Below are positions 39,093 to 49,300 of a stretch of 64,000 nucleotides of DNA, in pieces. Position 1 is the stretch's first letter, and every line of letters starts with the position of its first letter. The position numbers were made by a program, and so were the translations under genes. Where the stretch lies: contig CM052816.1 of assembly GCA_028534125.1 (NCBI GenBank), forward strand, positions 100,442,001 to 100,506,000, in the 5' to 3' direction. This DNA is from Lama glama. Its lineage: Eukaryota. The notes under the pieces are model-generated. The model saw only the letters and a list, made by a program, of their open reading frames with translations. It searched no databases and was not told the DNA's origin.

Positions 39093-39492
39093 TTTTATCT
39101 TGTTTTATTTCATGATTTTATTTTATTTATTCTTGTGGAAGTGCGGTGGCCCTGCAGCGCCGTGCCAGGTGCAGGTGTGCAGCGCGGCGACTCAGTCACA
39201 CGCACACACTCTCTTTTCCAGCCTCTTTCCCGTTGCAGGTTGTCACAGTTTCCCGTGCTCTGCAGGAGCAGGTCCTTTGTTATCTGCTTTACACACAGCG
39301 GTGAGTATCCGTTGATCCCAAACTCCTAATGTATCCCCACCGCCGCCTGTCCCCTCTGGTGACCAGATGTTCGTTTTCTGTGTCTGTGGTCTGCCTCTGC
39401 CTTGTAGACAAGTTCATTGTGTCATTTGTTTAGATTGCACATGCAAGTGACGTTCTGTGGTATTTGTCTTTCTCGGTCTGACTGCACTTGCT
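39093..39492 (-). mobile_element. L1 3' UTR (cetartiodactyl type), strongly GC-shifted copy
   Basis: A T-rich tail is followed by gaagtgcggtggccctgcagcgccgtgcc...atcccaaactcctaat...ttttctgtgtctgtg...tggtatttgtctttctcggtctgact. It is colinear with the L1 copies at 2080-2280 and 55855-56324. Confidence 0.88.
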
Positions 39493-42400
39493 CTGCAATG
39501 TTACATGACTTTATGGACACAGACTGTGGCCTGCGGGTGCGCATGACTCTCCGCAGAGAGAAGCTGGCTCCACACAGCCGTGCAGGGTCCCCGCCCCTCA
39601 CCACTGAGAGCTGGGGCAGCTGGCGGGACGTGGAGCCACCTTCCCACCGGTGCCCAGGAACGGGCCGCAGTGTGGAGCCACCCGCAGCCCCCGGCTCTGG
39701 GTCCCTGGCCGCACACGTCCCCTCGGCAGCCTTGCCGCCCTCACCGTTGGCACAGGTGGTCCCTGTAGCTGGGGGCGGCTCGTCCTGCAGCAGGGCGGGT
39801 CCCCGCAGACAAGGCTTGCCGAAAGACAAAGGCGGTGGCGTCCCCGGGTTTGGGTTGGAATGTTCCCGGCAAGGGGTGCAGCCAAGCATCAGGAGCCCTT
39901 GGAAAGCAGGTTCTGGGAGCAATGAGATGGTCACAAACCTGGCTCCAAAGAAGGTAAACAGGGACGCGTCCACGTGGGCCTGCGCTCGCCTCTCTTCCAG
40001 TCTGAACAGAGGCAGCAGCAGCGCCTGGGGTGGGGGCCAGGGAACCACGAGGGGAGGGGCGGGTTGGGGGCGAAGCTCTGGGACTGGACATGAAACAGCG
40101 CCTGGCAAGGAGGCGGAACCCTGGTTCTGGACGCCAGTGCCTGCCAGGGGCCGGGGGCCCTACGAGCGAATGAGGAGCTGCGGTCTTGTTTCCGGGAAGA
40201 AGAAAACAAAACCTCCAGCGCTTCGAGGCTCCCCTGGGTTTCTGATGGCCCCGGCCTCCTCTCCGGCTTCTGCATTTTTTAAGGCTTCATCTGAGAAGCA
40301 ATTCCTGCACGTTGGGATGACCCAGGCTGGACTCCGCTCCTCCAGGAGCCCTGGGTGTGCCTCCTCGCCCTGCCGGTTCAGGGTGACAGCCCTTGGGTGA
40401 CTCGTTCCTTAATCTCTCTCAGTGGTGCCTGCAGCTGACTGTACCCACAGCTGCCCACGTTCACGTCTGGTGACTTCACAGAGGCAGCTTGGAACTGGCT
40501 GGGGGCAGAAACTGACCCCACAGAAACAAGCAAACGCTGCCGAGGGGAGCTGGCTGTTAACACTCACACAGTCTGCTCTCGGCGTCAGGCTTCCCCTGCC
40601 AGCAAGGGGACCCTCATAGCACTGACCCCCCGTGGGGTGGCTGGGGTCAGAGAGGTGGGGCAGGCCGGCCCCGGGCCTCACCCGGGTCACATCCAGGCAG
40701 AGCATCCTTGTGTTTGTTATTAGGTGCCGTCTCTGGACTGGCTTCGGCATGCAGTTCGCAGGTGACTGTGCGGAGGAGCAGGTGCTGCCTCTAGGAAGAG
40801 CGAGCATCACTGCCGTCCATGTCCAAGGTGAATCTGTGTGACCTGCAGGGGGGCAAGGGCCAAAGCCGGGTAGGAGTGGCAGCCACTGAGCACAAACCCC
40901 GACCGAGCCACAGGCCCTTGTGGCAGGTGTCCCGCAGCCTTCACAGCTGCACAGGTGTCAGCCGCGTGGTCCTAGGAGCTCCTCGGCCCCAGGAGGGCGT
41001 CCCCTTCTCACTGGTGCATGGAACAGACCCTACCCCCGCGGGGGAGGGGGAGGGGGCTGCCTACCCCTACGGGGATCTCCAGTGTCCAGGAACCTGCACC
41101 CTGGCTTGGCGGCAGGGAGGCACTGTGCGCAGCCTTTGTGATGACGACCGGGCGTGGGGCGTCCGTTCGCTTCCCACCTGCCCGTGGCCGCAGGGCGAAT
41201 GCTGTTTCTTTGCCACCAAGTCTGCGTGCGAGTAGGTCCCTTGAGAAGTGTGTTTCCTGTCAAGTCTTTAGAAGGCGTAACTTTGCAAGCACTTTGCTGC
41301 TGTTGTTTGAATTCTGACCCACTATGGTGTAAATAGCAAACAGTTCAGGCCAGCAGCTCTGTCTCCCCTCTGAGCTTGGAGGGAAGACACTGGAGCAAAT
41401 GACCAGAAGCAGAAACGAGGGAGGGTGTGGCTCCAGGCCCCCCGCTGCCCGGAGACAGCCGAGAGCCGCCCCACCCCGCTCGGAAAGGCCCACCTGCGTT
41501 CGCTCAGCCACCCACCTGTGGGCGCGCCCCCCTTCATCCTCCTGCGGTAGGAAGGCGGGGGGCCACGTGGAGCCCCCCAGGGAGACCATGTGATGACGGC
41601 CTCCGCGGTCGGCACAGGCTCCTGTCAGCTCTTACCCGACAGAAAATAGAGAACAAATCCACGAAACCCCAGATAATCTGAAGGCTCCTGTTCCGTCTGT
41701 CTGTTCCCGTTTCCAGTTTCTGTCGGTGGAGGCAGGACTACCGACATGGATGCAAAACGCCAGAAGAAGGTGGCCAGGCGGGGGCGGCCTGTCCCGCAGA
41801 CACACTCACCCACCAGAAGCTTCTGTCCTGTTGGTCCTGGAGCCGGACGGGCACCGCGTCCGAGCAAGGAGCCCTCGCTGGCCACCTCCCCATTAAGGCC
41901 CTGCTTAGCTTTCTTGGTGGAGCTGTGGGATTTGCCTGCTCGAGTCCTGAAGCTAAGCAGGATCGCGGCAGCAAAGTGTGTCCTGAGCACCAGGCGGTGG
42001 GATCAGATGCCTGGCGTGGCGTCTGGGGCAGGAACTCGACGGAAGCACACGCTTACAGCTGCAACCAAACGGACCTCCCTGAGACCTTCCTGATTTTCCT
42101 CCTTAGCAGCTCTCCATCTCTCCCGAGTATGCGCCCATCTCTCCGTCTCTCCCAGCTACGCACGTGTCTCTCCGTCGCTCCCGAGTGCGTGCTGCTGAGG
42201 CCAGTCCTGCCGCAGGCCTCTCTCCTGCCCCAGAGGCTGTATCTCACATACACCAAGGATCGGCTGCGATGTCCCCTGGCCCCAGTGTCCCTGTTATCGC
42301 ATTACACATGCAGTGAGCTATCGCCTGAGTGAACACTCAGTGTCTGTGCAATACCGAGTATTGATGCAAGTATGAGGACTGTTATTTTTTTAATGAAACC

Positions 42401-44158
42401 TCAACTGCATGCTTTGAAAAGCCCTTATCAAGACATCATTTAAACATTCTGTTATACAACTCCACAAATTAACAAAAAACTATTTGGTCGCTATCTCAAT
42501 TCTACTTAGATAGCTTTGTGAGTATCTTAACAGGTCATTAGGCTTTATGAGAACAAACTAGAAATCATAGATGTGGGTTCCCTCCAATGAGCACACTCTT
42601 GTCCGAAGAGAAGTCCTTGACTCTCCATCAACATTAGTGACAGAATGAATATTCACATTTTCAAAGGTTGAAGTCATGTTTGCATCCTTTAAAATTGGTT
42701 TATTTTGACTGGGGAGCAGCCCGCATCCCAGCTGGGCGGAATGAGAGGCCAGGCCCCCGGTGAGCTGTACGGCTTGGTGACGGGGCTCCGACTTCCGCGC
42801 TCCTACGCAGAGCCCCTCCCAGGCGGCAGCCACGCACGCCTTGACCTATGACATCATAGGCCCGGATTTCCTCCTAATTAAATGTACGTTCTCCACAACG
42901 AAAGGTCAGAGGCATCAAGAGCGTCCTGGCAGCGTAACTGACGGGTTCGCGGAGGAAGCCCGCATGTGCACGTACCCGGCGAGGCACCCCGTTCTGGGAC
43001 AACGTGCGGATGACAGATGCAAAGAACACGTGTTAAAGGTAGCTGTTTCCCGGTGTTGTCTGAAAAGTACGTATCTCATTAGGGACGGATCTGTTTAAAT
43101 TCACCAGTAAAATAAGCTGATGAGAGAAAGGGAAAAACTAGGTCAGCCTGAGATCTGTGTAAGTTGAGTCCCTAATGGGACAATCATTAAAAATAATTTC
43201 AATTATTCACATCTGAATGACTTTTATATAAAGCTTTTTAAATAACGTGAAATCTGCTGCGCGAAGTGTAAATGAAAGAATGGCCAAGTTAATCTCTGAC
43301 ATATTATTTGAGCTTGTACGTTGTGAAAAAGAGCACAGTAGAATGTCACATTTCACATGAAATTCTCCGGTTTCCTCTGCTTTATTTCAGGGCTGCAGTG
43401 TCATTTATGATTACGTTTCATGAGAAGATAATTACAAGCAGAAATGCTTTCTCTAAGCTCGCAAAGGTAATCTAAATGCTGAGATCGATGCATTTGGGCG
43501 CATTAATGAGCTCAGTTCTCTTCAGCTTGGTGGATTTGTAACTTTCAACCGTGGTGTAGACTTGGAGCCGAGTTGTTTTATAGCTGCCTTCTCTCTAGAG
43601 CTGGAGCCACCCTCAGGACTCCCTCCACCCTGAAGAGAGGAAGGCAGTCCTCCCCGGCTCTGTTAGGGATGCTGGCGGACCGTGCATTGCGTCAGGGCAA
43701 GAATCAAGGGCCCTGTGAATAGTGCAAATATCACAATGTGTGCATCCTCTGCTGCGATCACAGCGGTGTTCTACGCGGAAAGGGGTCGATGCAGACAACA
43801 GAGATTTAGAAAATTTCAAAGGAGTAAAAATGAATTGAAGAAAACAAAACCTCCTAAAAGTGAAGATAAAGCTGTAAGGATATCAGGTAAGTAAACACCG
43901 TAAGTGAACTTGTAAAAGTCTGGGCTTGGGGAAAGGTAAGTGTCTGGGTATTCACTCCTAGGAGAGGAAGTGCCTCTCAAAGCGGTACCTGAGCCCAGCG
44001 TTCGCTGCAGCGCCACTCACGGCAGCCGGGGCATGGGACAGCCTGACGGGTGAGCAGGCGAAGGGGGCGTGAGCTGCACACACACGTGCGCACGTGTGTG
44101 ACTCACCTCGAGGAAGCGGGGGCCTGCCGTTTCCGTCACAGGGGGGCTCTCAGGGCGC

Positions 44159-44722
44159 TGTGACACGTTAAAGAAGTCAAAGGTGCAGGATTCCAGGTTT
44201 TCTGTCTGTTGGAGCAAAGGTAGGTTTATCTAGGGAGACGCACACCTCACAGAGTGCAGGGCGAGAGCAAGGCCAGGGGAGAGGCGCGGGCTGGGCGCTT
44301 GGGTGAAAGTACAAGTGGGTGCGCTCCCCGCAGGCAGTGCAACCGTCTCCGAAGGGGCGGAGCGGAGAAAGGCCACCGGGAGCGGTGTTGCCCGTGGTTA
44401 CGGGCTCAGCAGCTTCACACGCCCACGGGTGGGGCCGTTCCCACTACCCCGGGGACAAGGCTGGACTCCCGGGAACTGGGCCCCTTCCCACCCTTTGGCC
44501 TTTTGCAGTCGGCCTGGGGACTGCCACGGTGCCTGCGGGCACGTTATCGATCACGCTTATATGGCGCAATGAGCGGACAGTGACGCTCAGGGTCTACTAG
44601 AAGTCAAACCTCCCGCCATCGTAATCCTCAAGGCCAGCTGGGGGTGGCATCTCCCCCGACTTCCGTGCTAACTGCTGTCACTCCTTGGGTGGCTGTGCCC
44701 TGCCCCCTTCCCTCCCGTCTCA
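44159..44722 (-). mobile_element. ERV1-class LTR (3' LTR); left boundary approximate
   Basis: The minus strand begins TG (tgagacgggagggaagggggcagggcacagcc) immediately after a polypurine tract. It carries LTR-like motifs (cttatatggcgcaatgagc...gggtctactagaagtcaaacctcccgccatc) and a degenerate poly-A signal region near 44225. Confidence 0.7.
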
Positions 44723-45200
44723 TTCCCCCTTCAGAGACTTCACTCCCATCATCTTATGGGGGTGCAGATGGGCGAAGGTCCATCTTCTGAAATTACTTCT
44801 GGGCTGAGTAGGGGCGTTGACCCTGCCTGTCAGGGAGTGAAAATCTCTGACCGTCTAGTCTGGGGCCCCAGGGGCAGGACAGCCTTTGTTTTTGCATCAG
44901 AGGGCGGCGTGTGCTGGAATCCTCACAGAGCCCTCGTCTTGATGTGCAACTGTTGCAACTGCTTTCATGCCTTTTCATGAGTCCTCCTGGAGATGCAGCT
45001 CCCTGTAGCAGCGGTTTAGCCCTCTGTGACGACGAAGACTTAGAAGACATGGTCAGACACCTGCGATTGACAGAGACTTGTTTACAATGGTTAGAATCAT
45101 GATTGATTACATTCGGCTTAACATACCAAATCGTTCTAGTTAATTTAACATGTGAGATGCCTCAGGGTTCCTTCAAAGCATCTCAGAGTTAGCTGGGGAT
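44723..45200 (-). mobile_element. ERV1 internal 3' end with polypurine tract (44723-44732)
   Basis: The minus strand reads ...cccctactcagcccagaagtaatttcagaagatggaccttcgcccatc...ctct-GAAGGGGGAA-TG, the typical gamma-like ERV 3' internal end/PPT/LTR junction. The high-coordinate boundary (~45200) is uncertain. Confidence 0.65.
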
Positions 45201-45433
45201 ACAAAGAGCTTCTAGAATTTGTTAAATACTTAAATTCCTGATTGTACACAGAAACTTTTTTTTTTGTAGCACATGAAAATATTTGTTTTAGATGCTTATA
45301 AGTTACAGGCTTTATTCTGGACAGATGGATCCCACTAACAATTCCTTGTAGCTTAGCAGCAGTTGGCGTGCTGAGTGATACCTGATGCGGTCACTTCCAT
45401 TTTCAAAATTCCAGTTTTAAGAAGAATAAGTTC

Positions 45434-46083
45434 ATGTATCTGGAGGAAGCTCTAATTAGAAAAGACACCTGCGCCCCTGTGCTCACAGCAGCACTGCTTA
45501 CAGCAGCCCAGACATGGACACAACAGCCAAGACTGGGCAGAGAAATCGAAGTGTGTCTACACAATGGAACACTACTTAGCCATGAAAAATAGTAAAATGC
45601 CATTTGCAGAAACATGAATGGTCCTGGAGATCGTCATTCTAAGCAAGCCAGAAAGAGAAAGCAAAATACAATGTCAAGTATCTGTGGAATCTAAAAAATA
45701 ACAAAATGACACAGATGAACTTATTTACAAAACAGAAACAGAATCACACACATAGAAAGCTAGCTTAATGGTGACCAGGTGGGAAAAGGGAGTGGAAAGG
45801 GATAAACCATGAGTTCAGGATTTGCAGATGCTAATGACTGTATACAAAACAGATAAACAACAAGTTTTTTTGTCGTCGTTTTTCTGTAGAGCACAGGGAA
45901 CTATAGTCACTATCTTGTAGTGACCTACAATGAGAGAGAATATGAAAAGGAATATATGTATATATACGGATGGCTGAAGCATCATGGTGTGCACCAGACA
46001 CTGAGGCAACATTGCAACCTGACTGTACTTCGATAAAAATAAAGTCAAAAACAGTCTGTAAAATAAATAAATAAATAAATCCC
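45434..46083 (+). mobile_element. Younger 5'-truncated L1 (ORF2 end + 3' UTR) nested in an L1MA9-like copy
   Basis: atgtatctggaggaagctctaattagaaaagacacc...caatggaacactacttagccatgaaaaat...gagcacagggaactatagtc, then an (AAAT)n tail. Same family as 7009-7665. Confidence 0.9.
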
Positions 46084-46350
46084 AAAAAAGAGAAGTTCTG
46101 GGGTGTAGGGGGCAGCGTGGTGACCACAGTCAATACTGTATTGTGTATTTGAAAGTTCCCAAGAGAGTAGGTTTTAAAGCTCCTCAGCACACACACACAC
46201 ACACGCTCATGTGAGGTGGAAGGTGTCAGCCCACCTTGTTCTGGTACAATCTTTTTGCAATATACACATATGTCAAAAATCACTTATGTTGTGCCTCTTA
46301 AACTTATACAAAGTTATATGACAATTATATCTCAGTGAAGCTGGGCAAAA
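46084..46350 (+). mobile_element. L1MA9-like 3' UTR end (left stub at 45405-45433); contains (CA)n at ~46188-46205
   Basis: aagttctgggg...gtggtgaccacagtcaatactgtattgtgtatttgaaagtt...atgtgaggtg...caattatatctcagtgaagctgg matches the L1MA9/L1MA10 3' end. The stub aaattccagttttaagaagaataagttc precedes the insertion. Confidence 0.85.
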
Positions 46351-49300
46351 ATGTGGGCTTGGAACATGCCCATTGGTAAAGGAGGTACATTTCGTTTGCT
46401 CACAGGGAAGGCAGTCGACCTGCTATCCCAGTGAAGGTGATGAGCTTCCTGCTGGCTCCGGAGCGCTGCTAATTGGAGCTGAAGACCTGCCCGCTTCCCC
46501 ACACACAGACTTGCTCCAGGCTTCGGGGAGGTCCTGTGTGTAAACAAGGGTGTGGTCTCTGCCAGACTCTGGTCCCAGGAAATGACGGGGCACTGGCCTT
46601 CCGGCTGCTAAATTAAGGTGATGCTACTTCATACATGAGAAAAAAGGGCAAAGTTTACTTCATCCCAAAAAGTAACGATGTATTTATTAGATAAGATTAG
46701 TGTTAAGTTTGTTTTCAAAACTCATCCTGATGGATACAAATAAAGTCAAATTGAGTTATTAAGTAGCTTTGGTCAATCATTTTCAAAGGACAGGGTATTT
46801 ATTCAGAAGGACAGGTGTGAGCAAATGGAGATTGCCTTTTGAATGTCAACAATTCTCCGGAAGGGGTGCCGAGGCCCAGGCGCCCGGCTGAGCTCACGTG
46901 CTCGTGGTTTGAATCCTGAGTTGCAGGCACAAGCTTGGGTGTGAATTAGCCCTATCCTTCAGGACTTTCTTCCTTTTTTCCCTGAGATGTTACCCACCCC
47001 ACCCTTGCTTCTTTCGTTCATTTTCCCATTTTGTACAGACTTTCATTTGTCTGTAACAAACTGCTTATTCCTTCACAATACTTGTTGGTGCTTTTATTCA
47101 AATCACTTAAATTCTTAGTCTCTCTTTAAGCTATTCGATTGGTTTCTGTTTCATTTGAAGCAATCTATGTACTTAATTAAAGTATTTCCAACCTTCCATC
47201 CAAGTCAGCAGTGAGAACCCTTGAGCAGAACGATCTTAGACGTTGTCCCTCGGAGCCTTGCTAGTTATTACGACCTTGGTCAGACCATCGTGATGAAAGA
47301 AACACACGGAAACTGTGTGTCCCCAGCCCTGGGGAGGGAGGGCGAGCGTCTGGAGTGATTCTGGGCTTCCGGTTTGGTATCCGGTAGATGGTGACACCTT
47401 CAAGGGAGCAAGGGCATACCAGGAGGGACTGTGCTTCCAGGGGAGACTGGGCTTTGCCTTTGGACGTGTCGCGCTCACAGCACGGAGGAGCACGGTCCAG
47501 CGGGCATTTCTAGAGCTGCGACTGGGGACGAGGGTAACACCTGGAATTCACTGGGGTGGAGGAGCAAGCGCAGCGAGGGGCCCCCGTGGAGTGCAGCGAG
47601 AGGCTGTGTGTGCTGTGATGGGTGGTGTGGACGGTGGCTCAGCCTGCACTTTGGACTTTGCACAGCTCTGAATTCAGGGGAATAATTTATGGTGTTACGG
47701 CAAGGAGCTTGGAGTGCTTGAGGACCAGTCAAGTGTGGGAGTATGATGAGAGCGTCTGATAAGACATCCTAGCTCCCTGATGACTAACCGTGCTTCCAAG
47801 GAGGCATAGCTGTCATGCCCTCCGCCCACACAGGTACAGGTCCCTGAGGACAGGAGGGTCAGGGCCGCACACTGTTTACTGTCCCCCACGAGAACTTAAT
47901 AACACCCAGCTGCTTTCCCAGGAAGATTTAGGCAGGAGCATGGCTGCCCTTCCCTCCAGGAGGGGCTTCAGTTGTAACTTTAAAGTCCCTTCTGGAGGCC
48001 ATCCCAGGTGGGAGACTCAGCCCTCGGGATTTGACAACAATCCATGTTTAAAAAAAAAAAAGATTATTTCCCCTGTGGAAGAACAACAGCAAAGCTGGCC
48101 CCTCTCCCTGAAACGGCTGAAGCAGAGCTGCGGGTGGCCCCTCGTTCCCTCGCCCTTCACCCTCCGCGCTCCCGTGAGGTCGCGGCTGCGTTTGGTCCCG
48201 GACTGCAGGCAGCATTCGCTGAGGGCATGTGGAGACTTTGGGGGAGTTAATTCCCCGGGGTGGACAAGGGACCCTCGCTGGACTCGGGGGCTTGTGGCCA
48301 GAAGGGGGAAGTGCAGCTTGCCGGAACCGGGAGTTAGGATCGATGACCTCGCGCGCCTAAGGCGGTTCAATTTTCCCTCTTTGGAGGATTTCTTTCCTTT
48401 TCTTCTGAGGACTTGAATCCTTAGGTCAACGCAGCTAGCGTCTCCTATCAGTTTTGCCTCCATGGTGGTGGGAAGATGCTTGGGGGGGCAGAGCCAGCCT
48501 CCCCTCTGTAATCTCCACAAGCCTCCTGGCCTCTTGTGTTCAGCGGGCTCCTTAGGAGCCGAGCAGGGCACCACTTCAGCCCTGCACCCCGACTGCACCG
48601 TTTCCCCGAGACTCCCGGGCTCCAGTCCAGGTAATGAGTTCCTCTGATCCGACCATGGGCAACCCTAATGGTGGGACTGTGACAGCTGCACATCAAATCG
48701 TTACAGAAGTTTGAATTCATTAAGATTCTTACAATTTACTTTACCACTTATAATCTTAAGAACGTATCAAATCAGTGAAAAACCAGGTTACAGTTTTTAA
48801 CCACGGGGAGAAATTTTTATTTTGAGTTTCTACCATCTGCCACCCAGACTGATTTTTAGGTCAGGCTTCCCCCAAACACTCTGAGAGGAGCATTTGCCCA
48901 CAGTGATGGTTCAGGAATTACTCCCGGGGTGTGGGGGTGCAGGAAGACTCCACACAAGAAAGGACGCGAGTCAGAGGAAGCCCCAGCCTCGGCCTGATCC
49001 CACAGGCAGCTCTGGGGGGAAGCCCTGCTCCCAAGCCCCCCCAGCTCAGCATGGAGCCCAGCCTCCCCCCGGCGTCAGCACCACGGACAGAGGGCTCCCC
49101 AGCAGGCGGACGGGCGGGGGCAACTCAGGCTGTGCTGGGTCTGGTCACTCGGGCGGAGCGGCTTCAGAAGCCAGGCAAGTCCCCCGAAGGGCACTGCAGG
49201 CGCGGGCAGTCAGAGCGGCGACCACGGACACACATGCTACTCTCTCAAGAAAGCTTTGGGAGAAGAGGAAGAACGAGGGAGCGGAGCGTGTCTGGAGCAT

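Noticed and set aside
39417..40400. Longest ORF (327 aa, +) and overlapping 228-aa ORF (-)
   Set aside because: One end lies in an L1 3' UTR, the composition is G/P/A/R/S-rich, and there is no recognisable domain. Open frames on both strands are expected in stop-poor GC-rich DNA.
47790..48598. Overlapping 208-aa (+) and 193-aa (-) ORFs
   Set aside because: No recognisable homology, they run through an A-homopolymer, and there is no supporting exon structure.
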